Shown here in pieces: positions 28,836-42,385 of a stretch of 64,000 nt of DNA; position 1 is the first letter of the stretch, and every line of letters starts with the position of its first letter. The notes below the pieces were generated by a model that saw only the letters and a list, made by a program, of their open reading frames with translations, was not told the origin of the DNA and made no database searches. A program made the translations under genes and the position numbers. This stretch comes from Escherichia coli. Its GTDB lineage: Bacteria; Pseudomonadota; Gammaproteobacteria; Enterobacterales; Enterobacteriaceae. The stretch is from NCBI RefSeq assembly GCF_030013595.1, contig NZ_CP122768.1; one strand, written 5' to 3'.

Positions 28836-30037
28836 GCGATCTCCTTAGCAGTCTGCGGTGCCGCACGGAGGAAGAAGCGTTTTTCCCAGCCGATAATCAA
28901 CATCAGCGCAGCAAACAACAGCAAATATGTCACCAGCAGGCCACCCATCGGACCAAAGGTTTTCAGTAGGTTGATTTTGTCCCAGTCGGTGGCCAGCGCC
29001 GGAGCGAAATCATCCCAGTAGTACGCCAGAATCGTTGAGCCGATCACGTTGCCCAGACCGACCCACCAGTAGTGCACCTGGCCTTCTACCGCGCGGTACA
29101 TCCAGCCGGTTTCGCAGCCGCCTGCCAGCACGATGCCAAAACCAAACAGTAAACCACCAATTACCGCGTTTGGTCCTGCCCACATGATTTTGGGTTCAAC
29201 GCCTAACTGTACGTAACTGAAGATCCCGATGGCACTTACCGCCATACCGATAATGATTGCTTTCGCCATATGGGTACGTCCGGTGATCCACATATCGCGG
29301 AACGCCGAAGTAAAGCAGATTTGCGCACGTTCAATCAGTAAACCAAAGCCGACGCCAAACAGCATTGCCAGCCCCAGTTTGGGCTGGTTCATCGCCGTCA
29401 GCAGCGCCCAGCCCAGCATGCCGAAAAAGACCAGCATCCCGAGACGAAAACGACGCCGCGCCTGATCCGGTTTTTGCGTCAGCGGCGAGGCGGCAGAAAC
29501 TTTCTGCATTTTCACGGGAATACGGAAGATGGGCAGCAGGGTAAAGCGCGCGCCAAACCATGAACCAATGGCAGTGGCGATGGCAAAGAACCAGGCGTGC
29601 AGCGAGAACTGAGGAATGCCGGTAAAGAACGCCGCCAGGTTACAGCCCATTGCCAGACGCGCGCCAAAACCGGCGATAATGCCGCCAATGATGGCCTGCA
29701 TAATGCGGATACGGCTGCGCGGCATGCGTAGTTTGATATTGTTGGCCCACAGCGCTGCGGCAAAGCAGCCGCCAAACATACCGAGGATCATCATCCCGTC
29801 GATGCGGGTTAATGGCGATCCTTCCAGATGGATAATTTTAAAGTAACCCCACTCTTCAGCATGGACGCCAAACAGCTGCAGGAGCTGACCGCCCCAACGG
29901 GTAAATTCACCCGTGACAGCCCAAAAGGTGCCAGTAATGCCAAAATAGTAAGTGGAGAGAATACCCGCCGCGATGACCGCAGGGATGGGTGCCCAGAATT
30001 TAATCAACCAGGCGTGTTTGAATTGCTGCCATGACAT
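28832..30037 (-). CDS. yedE: YeeE/YedE-family inner-membrane transporter YedE (selenium/thiosulfate-related)
   Basis: 401 aa multi-TM; coupled to yedF. Confidence 0.8.
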   Translation of the reverse strand: MSWQQFKHAWLIKFWAPIPAVIAAGILSTYYFGITGTFWAVTGEFTRWGGQLLQLFGVHAEEWGYFKIIHLEGSPLTRIDGMMILGMFGGCFAAALWANNIKLRMPRSRIRIMQAIIGGIIAGFGARLAMGCNLAAFFTGIPQFSLHAWFFAIATAIGSWFGARFTLLPIFRIPVKMQKVSAASPLTQKPDQARRRFRLGMLVFFGMLGWALLTAMNQPKLGLAMLFGVGFGLLIERAQICFTSAFRDMWITGRTHMAKAIIIGMAVSAIGIFSYVQLGVEPKIMWAGPNAVIGGLLFGFGIVLAGGCETGWMYRAVEGQVHYWWVGLGNVIGSTILAYYWDDFAPALATDWDKINLLKTFGPMGGLLVTYLLLFAALMLIIGWEKRFFLRAAPQTAKEIA

Positions 30038-30220
30038 GAATGTAGCCTCTGAACTCAGAAGGTTTGAAACAAGAGTCGCGAATCATACATCATGCACATT
30101 TATTTTCGGGGTAATAATTCACAAAAATAATAGTTAGATCAAATTTCTCTCTGAACCTGGAAAGGCTGGCGACATCAGGGCTTTAATGCCACAATCCTCT
30201 TTTCTTCTCATGCAGGACGA

Positions 30221-30637
30221 ATGATGAAAAAACTCGCAATTGCAGGCGCGCTCATGTTGCTGGCGGGCTGTGCCGAAGTCGAAAACTATAACAATGTCGT
30301 GAAAACCCCCGCGCCGGACTGGCTGGCGGGCTACTGGCAGACCAAAGGGCCGCAACGTGCGCTGGTCAGTCCGGAAGCGATAGGCAGCCTGATTGTCACT
30401 AAAGAGGGCGATACCCTCGATTGCCGTCAGTGGCAGCGGGTGATTGCCGTGCCGGGTAAATTGACATTGATGTCTGATGATCTCACTAACGTTACCGTAA
30501 AACGTGAGCTGTACGAGGTTGAGCGTGACGGTAACACCATTGAGTACGATGGTATGACGATGGAGCGTGTGGATCGCCCGACGGCAGAGTGTGCCGCCGC
30601 GCTGGATAAAGCGCCGTTACCGACGCCACTGCCGTAA
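30221..30637 (+). CDS. yedD: lipoprotein YedD
   Basis: Lipobox LLAGC. Confidence 0.75.
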   Translation: MMKKLAIAGALMLLAGCAEVENYNNVVKTPAPDWLAGYWQTKGPQRALVSPEAIGSLIVTKEGDTLDCRQWQRVIAVPGKLTLMSDDLTNVTVKRELYEVERDGNTIEYDGMTMERVDRPTAECAAALDKAPLPTPLP

Positions 30638-30644
30638 TGAAATC

Positions 30645-30665
30645 TCCCCGGCTTGCCGCCGGGGA
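30645..30665. terminator. bidirectional hairpin between yedD and amyA (tccccggc-ttgcc-gccgggga)
   Basis: 8-bp GC stem between convergent genes. Confidence 0.4.
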
Positions 30666-30670
30666 TGAAT

Positions 30671-32158
30671 TTAAATCACCTCTTCGATAACCCACACGCT
30701 GACGCTGCCGCCGTTGCAAAAGAAGGTCGCTTCGCCGTTTTCGTCAGTCACTACGCTCTCTTGCCGGTTCCCCAGAAAATCACGCCAGGTTTTATTGCCG
30801 TAATTCTCTCCCAGATGAATGGTTTTTTCGCCATCATCCCCGTTCGACATGACCACCACGCAGCCGGGATATTCGTCAGTGCCACTGCGGCTAAAGGCAA
30901 TGCAGTTCGGATGGTCGAAAAATAACGTCTGTACACCGTGGGCGAAACGCTGACGGGCGAGAATTAACTCATCAAGCTGTTCGATTATTGGCATATCTAT
31001 CGGATAGGTTTGCCCGTCACCACCGACATCTTCGTAATGCGCACCGTAGAGGTCCGGATAGAACACCGAAGGAACGCCATTTTCCCGCAACAAAATTAGA
31101 GCATACGCCAGCGGTTTAAACCACGGTTCGACCGGCGCTTCGAGGGCTTGCAACGGTTGGGTGTCATGATTGGCAACGAGGGTTACGGCGTGGAAAGGAT
31201 CGGCTTCCACTAATGTACCCGTGAAAATCTGCGTCATGTCGTAGTCGCGCCCCATGCGCGATGCTTCATGGAATTTCATCTGCAGCGGCGCATCAAACAG
31301 CATGGTTTTGCCTTCCACCTGATCAATATACGTTTGCAGTTTATCGACTTCATGCGACCAGTATTCAGCCACAATAAATAGCGGCTTTGGTGCAACTTCC
31401 TGTACGTGTTCGATCCACTCTTTATAAAACCACGCCGGAATATGTTTGACCGCATCAAGACGAAAACCGTCGCATTGCGTTTGTTCCATCACCCAGCGCG
31501 CCCAGTATTTAATCTCTTCCGTCACGGCATGATTGCGGAAATCGATATTCTCGCCCATCAGGTAATCGAAATTACCGAGTTCATCATCAACCTGATCGTT
31601 CCAGCCTTCGCCGGTGTAGTCGTTAACAATTTTAAAAATGCCATCTTCATCAGGGTTTTCGATATGGTCGATACCGCTAAAACATTTAAAATCCCAGATA
31701 AACTGCGAGTATTGCCCGGCACGTGCGGGGAAGGTGTAACGCGTCCAGCCTTCGCACTCAATGATTTCTTCGTCAATTTGCGTACGATCGTCAGCATTTA
31801 CACGCTGCACGCGAATAGCTTCTTTTTCATCCGCGCCCATTTTGTGATTGACTACCACGTCCAGCAGCACCGCAATGTCATTACGTTTCAGAGCGTCAAT
31901 GGCGGCCAGCAGTTGTGTTTTATCGCCATATTTAGTAGGGATGCTGCCTTTCTGATCAAACTCGCCTAAATCAAATAAATCATAGGAGTCGTAGCCGACC
32001 GAATACCCGCCCGATGCGCCTTTATAGGCGGGCGGCAACCAGACCATATTGATACCAATATCATTAAAACCGTCGGCGCGCTCGGCCAGTTCAGGCCAGA
32101 GCTTACCGCCTTCCGGGTAATACCAGTGAAAACATTGTAACAGCGTGGGATTACGCAT
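30671..32158 (-). CDS. amyA: cytoplasmic alpha-amylase AmyA (GH13)
   Basis: 495 aa. Confidence 0.9.
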   Translation of the reverse strand: MRNPTLLQCFHWYYPEGGKLWPELAERADGFNDIGINMVWLPPAYKGASGGYSVGYDSYDLFDLGEFDQKGSIPTKYGDKTQLLAAIDALKRNDIAVLLDVVVNHKMGADEKEAIRVQRVNADDRTQIDEEIIECEGWTRYTFPARAGQYSQFIWDFKCFSGIDHIENPDEDGIFKIVNDYTGEGWNDQVDDELGNFDYLMGENIDFRNHAVTEEIKYWARWVMEQTQCDGFRLDAVKHIPAWFYKEWIEHVQEVAPKPLFIVAEYWSHEVDKLQTYIDQVEGKTMLFDAPLQMKFHEASRMGRDYDMTQIFTGTLVEADPFHAVTLVANHDTQPLQALEAPVEPWFKPLAYALILLRENGVPSVFYPDLYGAHYEDVGGDGQTYPIDMPIIEQLDELILARQRFAHGVQTLFFDHPNCIAFSRSGTDEYPGCVVVMSNGDDGEKTIHLGENYGNKTWRDFLGNRQESVVTDENGEATFFCNGGSVSVWVIEEVI

Positions 32159-32235
32159 TCTTCGACTCCATTCAAGGGGAACATTAGAAGCGTAGCCGTA
32201 ATCGGATTATTCGCGAGCCATCGGCTCGTTAAGAT

Positions 32236-32601
32236 TCAAAAGAGGTTATCCTGCGGAGCCAGCACAAAGCCGCCCTGATCGCCATAGGCACTTAACACCG
32301 ATTTTTGCATCGATGACTGACCGACCAGTTTCGCCAGTTCATCCATCCGAATCTGTAATAACTGCTTCACCTTGCTTTCGTTATCGAGAATCAGGCGCAG
32401 CATCGGGCGGAGTTGCTCCTGCATCGTGGTGGACGGCTCAACCTCTTCAGTCAGGTGTGCAATCTCCTGCACCGCATTCACATACGCCATTTCGCTGGCG
32501 ATGAGTTCGTCCCACTGTTCTTCCGTTGCCAGGCGTAACATGAGCTGGCTTTTTTCGACGAGTTGTTGCCAGGCGAAATACAAATGCGGTGCGTGGTTCA
32601 T
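32236..32601 (-). CDS. fliT: flagellar chaperone / FlhDC antagonist FliT
   Basis: 121 aa. Confidence 0.9.
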   Translation of the reverse strand: MNHAPHLYFAWQQLVEKSQLMLRLATEEQWDELIASEMAYVNAVQEIAHLTEEVEPSTTMQEQLRPMLRLILDNESKVKQLLQIRMDELAKLVGQSSMQKSVLSAYGDQGGFVLAPQDNLF

Positions 32602-33011
32602 CAGACTGGGTCCTGAATCAAAGAAGGGGAGAGTAACGACTCTTTCCAGGCATCGGCAATATTGCGCATTAATGCTTCCACTTCTTCGACTGCGGAGACA
32701 TCGTTGCGTAAATTGGCTTGCAGCAAGCGCCTGACCATATAGCTATAAAGAGCAATCAAGTTTTGGGTTAATTCGTCTTTGCTCTCTTCATCAAGACTCA
32801 CCCGCAGCCCGTTCTCAATGATGTTGATCGCTTTTGACAAAGAGACGCCTTTGCCTTGCTGATTGTTGTCCTGCATAAACAGGCGCGCTCTAACCAGTGC
32901 GCTCAGCACTCCATCAAATAGCATGGTGACCAGCTGTTGCTGGCTGGCGCTCATTACGGCGCTTTCGACGCCAATTTGTGCATAGGCCTGGGTGCCTTTT
33001 GCCGCGTACAT
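32601..33011 (-). CDS. fliS: flagellin chaperone FliS
   Basis: 136 aa. Confidence 0.9.
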   Translation of the reverse strand: MYAAKGTQAYAQIGVESAVMSASQQQLVTMLFDGVLSALVRARLFMQDNNQQGKGVSLSKAINIIENGLRVSLDEESKDELTQNLIALYSYMVRRLLQANLRNDVSAVEEVEALMRNIADAWKESLLSPSLIQDPV

Positions 33012-33035
33012 GACCTGTCTCCCGATAAATAATGA

Positions 33036-34442
33036 TTACTTGGAATTACTGTTGTTTTCGAACTGCTGCGTTAAGTAGCTGCTGGTGCTATTTAACGAGG
33101 TCATTAAAACGTCCAGTTGGGTAAATTGTTCTTTGTAGCGAGCGACCTGCGCATCAATGCGATCGCTGGCGGCGTTGTAGTCTTTAGTTAACTTATTCAG
33201 GGTCTTACTAACGCCATCGGTAGCGGCTTTAATAATGCCCGTTGTCGAAAGCCAACTGGTCAGGTTGCTGCCGATGGTGGTCGTGATGCCGGTTTTTTTA
33301 CCATCGCCAACAATCAATGCACCTACGCCGCTGGCATCTTTTTTCAATGCAGCGGTGAGTTTGTCGGCATCCAGCTCCAGTTTGCCATCGCTGGGATCGG
33401 TCGTGATACCAATCTGCGCCAACGTTTTATAGTTGGAAGAACTAACGGTATTACTCAGCATCGACTTCAACTGCGTCTGAATCGTCCGCAACGTGGAGTC
33501 GCCGAGCAGTGCGCCATTGCTAGAACTCTGGCTATCAGCTCCCGCATCTACGGCGGTGTATTTGGTCAGGCTGCTGAAGGTATCTATTAGCGAGTTATAG
33601 GCATTCACCCAGTCTTTAATCGCCGTTTGCGCTTTGGAGGTGTCCTGAGTGATGGTCAGCGTCTGGTTGCCCGTGGTGACATCGTTCAGGTTCAGGGTGA
33701 TGTTTTCCAGCGCGTCGCTGATGGTGTTGCTGCTGTTCTCGATGGCGACGTTGTTGACCGTCAGCTGCGCATTCTGGGCGGCGACCGAGACCTCCATGCC
33801 GTTGCTGCTGGCACTGGCGTCATAGCCTATAAAACTTTGTAGCGCATCATCACCGCTAACCGAGAGCGTCATCGCATTGTCAAGGCCGGTGTCATTTGAT
33901 GTGACTGACAGACGATATTCACCGTTACCCACGTTAATGATGCTCGCGCTAACACCCGATTTTGCGTTGTTGATGGCATCACGGATCCCGCTTAACGACG
34001 AGTTAGCCGCGCTGATATCAATGGTAATCGGATCTTTGTCGCCGCCTTGTTGAATGGTGAGTTTGCTGTCGCTGGTGGCGATCGCCGTTTTCGTATCGTC
34101 TCTGGTGGTACGCGTGGTCAGGGTTTGCGCCTGCGCCAGATGGGTGACGCTGATGGTGTATTTCCCGGCGATGGCGTTACCTGCGGTGGTGGCACTGAAC
34201 GCGGTGGTGCTGCTGGTGGTGCTGGTGGCGGAAAAAAGATCGGCTTTAGACAATGCAGTATTGGCGGTCTGGAAAGTCGTCAGCGCGCTTTTCAGCGTAC
34301 CGTAGGCGCTAAGTTTAGCGGTAAACGACGATTGCTGATTTGAAATAGGGGTTAGCGTCGCTTTTTGCGCGGCGGTGAGGCTATCAAGGATTGAACTTAA
34401 ATCCAGGCCTGACCCGACTCCCAGCGATGAAATACTTGCCAT
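33036..34442 (-). CDS. fliD: flagellar filament cap protein FliD
   Basis: 468 aa. Confidence 0.9.
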   Translation of the reverse strand: MASISSLGVGSGLDLSSILDSLTAAQKATLTPISNQQSSFTAKLSAYGTLKSALTTFQTANTALSKADLFSATSTTSSTTAFSATTAGNAIAGKYTISVTHLAQAQTLTTRTTRDDTKTAIATSDSKLTIQQGGDKDPITIDISAANSSLSGIRDAINNAKSGVSASIINVGNGEYRLSVTSNDTGLDNAMTLSVSGDDALQSFIGYDASASSNGMEVSVAAQNAQLTVNNVAIENSSNTISDALENITLNLNDVTTGNQTLTITQDTSKAQTAIKDWVNAYNSLIDTFSSLTKYTAVDAGADSQSSSNGALLGDSTLRTIQTQLKSMLSNTVSSSNYKTLAQIGITTDPSDGKLELDADKLTAALKKDASGVGALIVGDGKKTGITTTIGSNLTSWLSTTGIIKAATDGVSKTLNKLTKDYNAASDRIDAQVARYKEQFTQLDVLMTSLNSTSSYLTQQFENNSNSK

Positions 34443-34485
34443 GCGATTTCCTTTTATCTTTCGACACGTAAAACGAATACCGGGG

Positions 34486-34512
34486 TTATCGGCCTGAATT
34501 GCGCAAAGTTTA
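34486..34512 (-). promoter_or_regulatory. sigma-28 promoter of fliDST (minus-strand TAAA-N15-GCCGATAA)
   Basis: Plus-strand TTATCGGC-ctgaattgcgcaaag-TTTA read on the minus strand. Confidence 0.55.
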
Positions 34513-34604
34513 CGTTTAATTGTTTTTTTTAATAGCGGGAATAAGGGGCAGAGAAAAGAGTATTTCGGCGACTAACAAAAAATGGCTGTTTGTGAAAAAA
34601 ATTC

Positions 34605-34631
34605 TAAAGGTTGTTTTACGACAGACGATAA
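34605..34631 (+). promoter_or_regulatory. sigma-28 promoter of fliC (TAAA-N15-GACGATAA)
   Basis: TAAAggttgttttacgacaGACGATAAcagg about 75 bp upstream of the fliC ATG. Confidence 0.6.
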
Positions 34632-34707
34632 CAGGGTTGACGGCGATTGAGCCGACGGGTGGAAACCCAATACGTAATCAACGACTTGCAATATAGGATA
34701 ACGAATC

Positions 34708-36360
34708 ATGGCACAAGTCATTAATACCAACAGCCTCTCGCTGATCACTCAAAATAATATCAACAAGAACCAGTCTGCGCTGTCGAGTTCTATCGAGCGT
34801 CTGTCTTCTGGCTTGCGTATTAACAGCGCGAAGGATGACGCCGCAGGTCAGGCGATTGCTAACCGTTTTACTTCTAATATTAAAGGCCTGACTCAGGCTG
34901 CACGTAACGCCAACGACGGTATTTCTGTTGCACAGACCACCGAAGGCGCGCTGTCCGAAATCAACAACAACTTACAGCGTATTCGTGAACTGACGGTTCA
35001 GGCTTCTACCGGGACTAACTCTGATTCGGATCTGGACTCCATTCAGGACGAAATCAAATCCCGTCTGGACGAAATTGACCGCGTATCCGGTCAAACCCAG
35101 TTCAACGGTGTGAACGTACTGGCGAAAGACGGTTCGATGAAAATTCAGGTTGGTGCGAACGATGGCCAGACTATCACTATCGACCTGAAAAAAATTGACT
35201 CTGATACGCTGGGGCTGAGTGGGTTTAATGTGAATGGTGGCGGTTCTGTCGCTAACACTGCTGCATCTAAAGCTGACTTGGTAGCTGCTAATGCAACTGT
35301 GGTCGGCAACAAATATACTGTGAGTGCGGGTTACGATGCTGCTAAAGCGTCTGATTTGCTGGCTGGAGTTAGTGATGGTGATACTGTTCAGGCAACCATT
35401 AATAACGGCTTCGGAACGGCGGCTAGTGCAACGAATTACAAGTATGATAGTGCAAGTAAGTCTTACTCTTTTGATACCACAACGGCTTCAGCTGCCGATG
35501 TTCAGAAATATTTGACCCCAGGTGTTGGTGATACCGCTAAGGGCACTATTACTATCGATGGTTCTGCACAGGATGTTCAGATCAGTAGTGATGGTAAAAT
35601 TACGGCAAGCAATGGAGATAAACTCTACATTGATACAACTGGGCGCTTAACGAAAAACGGCTCTGGTGCATCTTTGACTGAGGCTAGTCTGTCCACACTT
35701 GCAGCCAATGATACCAAAGCGACAACCATTGACATCGGCGGTACCTCTATCTCCTTTACCGGTAATAGTACTACGCCGGACACTATTACTTATTCAGTAA
35801 CAGGTGCAAAAGTTGATCAGGCAGCTTTCGATAAAGCTGTATCAACCTCTGGAAACAATGTTGATTTCACTACCGCAGGTTATAGCGTAAACGGCACAAC
35901 TGGCGCTGTAACAAAAGGTGGTAATTCGGTTTATGTTGATAACAACGGGGCGTTGACCACATCTGATACTGTAGATTTTTACCTACAGGATGATGGTTCA
36001 GTGACTAACGGCAGCGGTAAGGCAGTTTATAAAGATGCTGACGGTAAATTGACGACAGATGCTGAAACAAAAGCAGCTACGACAGCCGATCCCCTGAAAG
36101 CTCTGGACGAAGCCATCAGCTCCATCGACAAATTCCGCTCCTCCCTCGGTGCCGTTCAAAACCGTCTGGATTCTGCGGTGACCAACCTGAACAACACCAC
36201 TACCAACCTGTCTGAAGCGCAGTCCCGTATTCAGGACGCCGACTATGCGACCGAAGTGTCCAATATGTCGAAAGCGCAGATCATTCAGCAGGCCGGTAAC
36301 TCCGTGCTGGCAAAAGCTAACCAGGTACCGCAGCAGGTTCTGTCTCTGCTGCAGGGTTAA
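34708..36360 (+). CDS. fliC: flagellin FliC, 550-aa allele with a long divergent central domain (K-12 H48 flagellin is 498 aa)
   Basis: Conserved N terminus ([22 protein letters not shown]...) and C terminus (...[12 protein letters not shown]); Thr/Ser/Gly-rich variable middle. Confidence 0.9.
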   Translation: MAQVINTNSLSLITQNNINKNQSALSSSIERLSSGLRINSAKDDAAGQAIANRFTSNIKGLTQAARNANDGISVAQTTEGALSEINNNLQRIRELTVQASTGTNSDSDLDSIQDEIKSRLDEIDRVSGQTQFNGVNVLAKDGSMKIQVGANDGQTITIDLKKIDSDTLGLSGFNVNGGGSVANTAASKADLVAANATVVGNKYTVSAGYDAAKASDLLAGVSDGDTVQATINNGFGTAASATNYKYDSASKSYSFDTTTASAADVQKYLTPGVGDTAKGTITIDGSAQDVQISSDGKITASNGDKLYIDTTGRLTKNGSGASLTEASLSTLAANDTKATTIDIGGTSISFTGNSTTPDTITYSVTGAKVDQAAFDKAVSTSGNNVDFTTAGYSVNGTTGAVTKGGNSVYVDNNGALTTSDTVDFYLQDDGSVTNGSGKAVYKDADGKLTTDAETKAATTADPLKALDEAISSIDKFRSSLGAVQNRLDSAVTNLNNTTTNLSEAQSRIQDADYATEVSNMSKAQIIQQAGNSVLAKANQVPQQVLSLLQG

Positions 36361-36402
36361 TCGTCGTACCTGATTAACTGAGACTGACGGCAACGCCAAA
36401 TT

Positions 36403-36503
<101 letters not shown>

Positions 36504-36532
36504 CTTGAATGGTAATTTGTCAGCAACGTGCT

Positions 36533-36557
36533 TCCCCGCCACCGGCGGGGTTTTTTC
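36533..36557 (+). terminator. fliC rho-independent terminator (ccccgcc-accg-gcgggg-tttttt)
   Basis: GC hairpin plus U-run. Confidence 0.7.
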
Positions 36558-36617
36558 TGTCCGCAATTTACCGGTAACCCCCAAATAACCCCTCATTTCA
36601 CCCACTAATCGTCCGAT

Positions 36618-36653
36618 TAAAAACCCTGCAGAAACGGATAATCATGCCGATAA
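36618..36653 (+). promoter_or_regulatory. fliA promoter region with sigma-28 -10 element GCCGATAA (36646..36653)
   Basis: tcatGCCGATAActcat 25 bp upstream of the fliA start; the -35 could not be assigned unambiguously. Confidence 0.35.
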
Positions 36654-36678
36654 CTCATATAACGCAGGGCTGTTTATC

Positions 36679-37398
36679 GTGAATTCACTCTATACCGCTG
36701 AAGGTGTAATGGATAAACACTCGCTGTGGCAGCGTTATGTCCCGCTGGTGCGTCACGAAGCATTGCGCCTGCAGGTTCGACTGCCCGCGAGCGTGGAACT
36801 AGACGATCTGCTACAGGCGGGCGGCATTGGGTTACTTAATGCCGTCGAACGCTATGACGCCCTACAAGGAACGGCATTTACAACTTACGCAGTGCAGCGT
36901 ATCCGTGGCGCTATGCTGGATGAACTTCGCAGCCGTGACTGGGTGCCGCGCAGCGTGCGACGCAACGCGCGTGAAGTGGCACAGGCAATAGGGCAACTGG
37001 AGCAGGAACTTGGCCGCAACGCCACGGAAACTGAGGTAGCGGAACGTTTAGGGATCGATATTGCCGATTATCGCCAAATGTTGCTCGACACCAATAACAG
37101 CCAGCTCTTCTCCTACGATGAGTGGCGCGAAGAGCACGGCGATAGCATCGAACTGGTTACTGATGATCATCAGCGAGAAAACCCGCTACAACAACTGCTG
37201 GACAGTAATCTGCGCCAGCGGGTGATGGAAGCCATCGAAACGTTGCCGGAGCGCGAAAAACTGGTATTAACCCTCTATTACCAGGAAGAGCTGAATCTCA
37301 AAGAGATTGGCGCGGTGCTGGAGGTCGGGGAGTCGCGGGTCAGTCAGTTACACAGCCAGGCCATTAAACGGTTACGCACTAAACTGGGTAAGTTATAA
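36679..37398 (+). CDS. fliA: flagellar sigma factor sigma-28 FliA
   Basis: 239 aa, sigma-70 regions 2/3/4. Confidence 0.9.
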   Translation: MNSLYTAEGVMDKHSLWQRYVPLVRHEALRLQVRLPASVELDDLLQAGGIGLLNAVERYDALQGTAFTTYAVQRIRGAMLDELRSRDWVPRSVRRNAREVAQAIGQLEQELGRNATETEVAERLGIDIADYRQMLLDTNNSQLFSYDEWREEHGDSIELVTDDHQRENPLQQLLDSNLRQRVMEAIETLPEREKLVLTLYYQEELNLKEIGAVLEVGESRVSQLHSQAIKRLRTKLGKL

Positions 37399-37443
37399 CG
37401 TCAGTAAATGCCGCACTTTAACTTTGACTACCAGGAGTTCTTA

Positions 37444-37995
37444 ATGATGGTGCAGCACCTGAAAAGACGGCCATTAAGCCGCTATCTTAAAGACTTTAAA
37501 CACAGCCAGACCCATTGCGCGCATTGCCGTAAATTACTCGATCGTATTACCCTCGTTCGCGATGGCAAAATAGTGAATAAAATCGAGATTTCCCGCCTGG
37601 ACATGCTTCTTGATGAAAATAGCTGGCAAGTGGAACAAAAATCATGGGCGGCATTGTGCCGATTTTGCGGTGATTTACATTGTAAAACGCAGAGTGATTT
37701 TTTCGATATTATCGGCTTTAAGCAATTTCTTTTTGAGCAAACTGAAATGAGCCCTGGTACGGTGCGTGAATATGTCGTTCGTCTGCGCCGTTTGGGGAAT
37801 CATCTTCACGAGCAAAATATTACCCTCGATCAGCTGCAGGACGGTTTCCTTGATGAAATCCTCGCCCCGTGGCTGCCCACCACCAGCACCAACAATTACC
37901 GCATCGCGTTACGGAAGTATCAACACTATCAGCGTCAAACGTGTACCGGACTTGTGCAGAAATCCTCCAGCCTGCCTGCTTCTGATATATATTAA
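37444..37995 (+). CDS. fliZ: regulator FliZ (start MMVQHLKRRPL)
   Basis: 183 aa after trimming the 195-aa ORF. Confidence 0.85.
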   Translation: MMVQHLKRRPLSRYLKDFKHSQTHCAHCRKLLDRITLVRDGKIVNKIEISRLDMLLDENSWQVEQKSWAALCRFCGDLHCKTQSDFFDIIGFKQFLFEQTEMSPGTVREYVVRLRRLGNHLHEQNITLDQLQDGFLDEILAPWLPTTSTNNYRIALRKYQHYQRQTCTGLVQKSSSLPASDIY

Positions 37996-38082
37996 ATAAG
38001 AATAAGATGTAGCGGAGTTGTTTTTGTGTTTACAAACAATGGCTCTACACTGCAAACAGACATAACAACATTCGGGGTGAAT

Positions 38083-39974
<1,892 letters not shown>

Positions 39975-39988
39975 CTCCGGAAACGCTC

Positions 39989-40657
39989 ATGCAAGAAAGT
40001 ATACAACTGGTTATTGATTCCTTGCCGTTCCTGCTGAAAGGGGCTGGGTATACGCTGCAACTCAGTATCGGCGGCATGTTTTTTGGCTTACTGCTAGGGT
40101 TTATTCTCGCGCTGATGCGCCTTTCACCAATCTGGCCCGTGCGCTGGCTGGCGCGTTTTTATATCTCTATTTTTCGTGGTACGCCACTCATCGCACAACT
40201 GTTTATGATCTATTACGGCTTGCCGCAGTTTGGCATCGAACTAGATCCCATTCCGTCAGCAATGATTGGTCTGTCGCTAAACACTGCCGCCTATGCTGCC
40301 GAAACGCTGCGTGCCGCCATTTCTTCTATTGATAAAGGTCAGTGGGAAGCTGCTGCCAGTATTGGTATGACGCCGTGGCAGACCATGCGTCGCGCGATTT
40401 TGCCACAGGCGGCGCGGGTGGCGTTGCCGCCGCTGTCGAACAGCTTTATCAGCCTGGTAAAAGATACGTCGCTGGCCGCGACAATCCAGGTGCCGGAGCT
40501 GTTCCGTCAGGCGCAGTTGATTACCTCGCGCACGCTGGAAGTGTTCACCATGTACCTGGCGGCTTCGCTCATCTACTGGATCATGGCGACAGTATTATCG
40601 ACGTTGCAGAACCATTTTGAGAATCAACTTAATCGCCAGGAGAGAGAACCAAAATGA
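39989..40657 (+). CDS. tcyL: cystine ABC transporter permease TcyL (YecS)
   Basis: 222 aa, EAA-type permease. Confidence 0.85.
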   Translation: MQESIQLVIDSLPFLLKGAGYTLQLSIGGMFFGLLLGFILALMRLSPIWPVRWLARFYISIFRGTPLIAQLFMIYYGLPQFGIELDPIPSAMIGLSLNTAAYAAETLRAAISSIDKGQWEAAASIGMTPWQTMRRAILPQAARVALPPLSNSFISLVKDTSLAATIQVPELFRQAQLITSRTLEVFTMYLAASLIYWIMATVLSTLQNHFENQLNRQEREPK

Positions 40658-41406
40658 GTGCCATTGAAGTCAAGAACCTGGTGAAAAAATTCCACGGTCA
40701 GACGGTGCTGCACGGTATCGACCTTGAGGTGAAGCCTGGCGAAGTAGTGGCAATTATCGGTCCAAGTGGTTCCGGCAAAACCACGTTGCTACGCAGCATA
40801 AATCTGCTGGAACAACCGGAAGCGGGAACCATCACCGTTGGCGATATCACCATTGATACTGCACGTTCATTAAGTCAGCAAAAATCGCTGATTCGCCAGT
40901 TGCGTCAGCACGTCGGGTTTGTCTTCCAGAACTTTAATTTGTTTCCGCATCGTACGGTGCTGGAAAACATTATTGAAGGGCCGGTGATCGTCAAAGGTGA
41001 ACCGAAAGAAGAGGCCACGGCGCGCGCTCGCGAGCTGTTGGCGAAAGTTGGGCTGGCAGGTAAAGAAACCAGCTATCCACGTCGTTTGTCTGGCGGTCAA
41101 CAGCAGCGTGTCGCGATTGCGCGAGCGCTGGCAATGCGTCCTGAAGTGATTTTGTTTGACGAGCCAACGTCGGCGCTGGATCCAGAGCTGGTGGGCGAAG
41201 TCCTGAACACCATCCGCCAGCTGGCGCAGGAAAAGCGCACCATGGTGATTGTGACGCACGAAATGAGCTTTGCCCGGGATGTTGCGGACCGGGCGATCTT
41301 TATGGACCAGGGGCGGATAGTCGAGCAGGGGGCCGCAAAAGCGTTATTTGCCGATCCCGAGCAGCCTCGCACCCGCCAGTTCCTCGAGAAGTTTCTGCTG
41401 CAATAA
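40654..41406 (+). CDS. tcyN: cystine ABC transporter ATPase TcyN (YecC)
   Basis: 250 aa, Walker A GPSGSGKTT, LSGGQQQRV signature. Confidence 0.85.
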   Translation: MSAIEVKNLVKKFHGQTVLHGIDLEVKPGEVVAIIGPSGSGKTTLLRSINLLEQPEAGTITVGDITIDTARSLSQQKSLIRQLRQHVGFVFQNFNLFPHRTVLENIIEGPVIVKGEPKEEATARARELLAKVGLAGKETSYPRRLSGGQQQRVAIARALAMRPEVILFDEPTSALDPELVGEVLNTIRQLAQEKRTMVIVTHEMSFARDVADRAIFMDQGRIVEQGAAKALFADPEQPRTRQFLEKFLLQ

Positions 41407-41635
41407 TAAGAAAAAATCAGCCCCGACGATTCACCTGTCGGGGCGGGACGCCATTTCAAGCGTAATAAAAGTGCTTAACAAATCAGCATAACTCATTAAT
41501 AACATAAGAGAATACGATAGCTTGCAAAAGTAATTCATTGCCTGAATAATATAAATTATATATAAATCTTATTTATGTGATAGTTTGAATTATCATTATA
41601 AATGATACTCACTCTCAGGGGCGTTGCGGTTTACT

Positions 41636-42358
41636 ATGCAGGATACGGATTTTTTCAGCTGGCGTCGCACGATGCTGTTGCGTTTTCAGAGGATGGAGGC
41701 CGCAGAAGAGGTCTACCATGAAATAGAGCTTCAGGCTCAGCAGCTGGAGTACGATTACTATTCGTTATGTGTTCGCCACCCGGTACCATTCACGCGACCT
41801 AAAGTGGCTTTCTACACCAATTACCCTGAGGCGTGGGTTAGTTATTATCAGGCAAAAAATTTTCTCGCAATTGATCCGGTGCTGAACCCTGAAAACTTTA
41901 GTCAGGGCCATTTAATGTGGAATGATGACTTATTCAGCGAAGCACAGCCGTTATGGGAAGCTGCGCGCGCACATGGTTTACGCCGCGGTGTCACTCAGTA
42001 TTTAATGCTGCCAAATCGGGCGCTGGGCTTTTTGTCCTTTTCCCGTTGCAGCACGCGCGAAATACCCATTCTTAGTGATGAACTGCAATTAAAAATGCAG
42101 TTACTGGTGCGCGAAAGTCTGATGGCTCTGATGCGTTTAAATGATGAAATAGTGATGACGCCAGAGATGAATTTCAGCAAGCGCGAAAAAGAAATTCTGA
42201 AATGGACGGCGGAAGGGAAGACATCAGCAGAGATAGCGATGATTTTGTCAATCTCTGAGAATACGGTCAATTTCCATCAGAAAAACATGCAGAAAAAAAT
42301 CAATGCACCAAATAAGACCCAGGTGGCCTGTTACGCGGCCGCTACTGGCTTAATTTGA
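41636..42358 (+). CDS. sdiA: LuxR-type quorum-sensing regulator SdiA (start MQDTDFFSWRR)
   Basis: 240 aa; autoinducer-binding domain plus C-terminal LuxR HTH. Confidence 0.85.
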   Translation: MQDTDFFSWRRTMLLRFQRMEAAEEVYHEIELQAQQLEYDYYSLCVRHPVPFTRPKVAFYTNYPEAWVSYYQAKNFLAIDPVLNPENFSQGHLMWNDDLFSEAQPLWEAARAHGLRRGVTQYLMLPNRALGFLSFSRCSTREIPILSDELQLKMQLLVRESLMALMRLNDEIVMTPEMNFSKREKEILKWTAEGKTSAEIAMILSISENTVNFHQKNMQKKINAPNKTQVACYAAATGLI

Positions 42359-42385
42359 GCGCTTTTCTTTCTGCGTGCCAGATGC

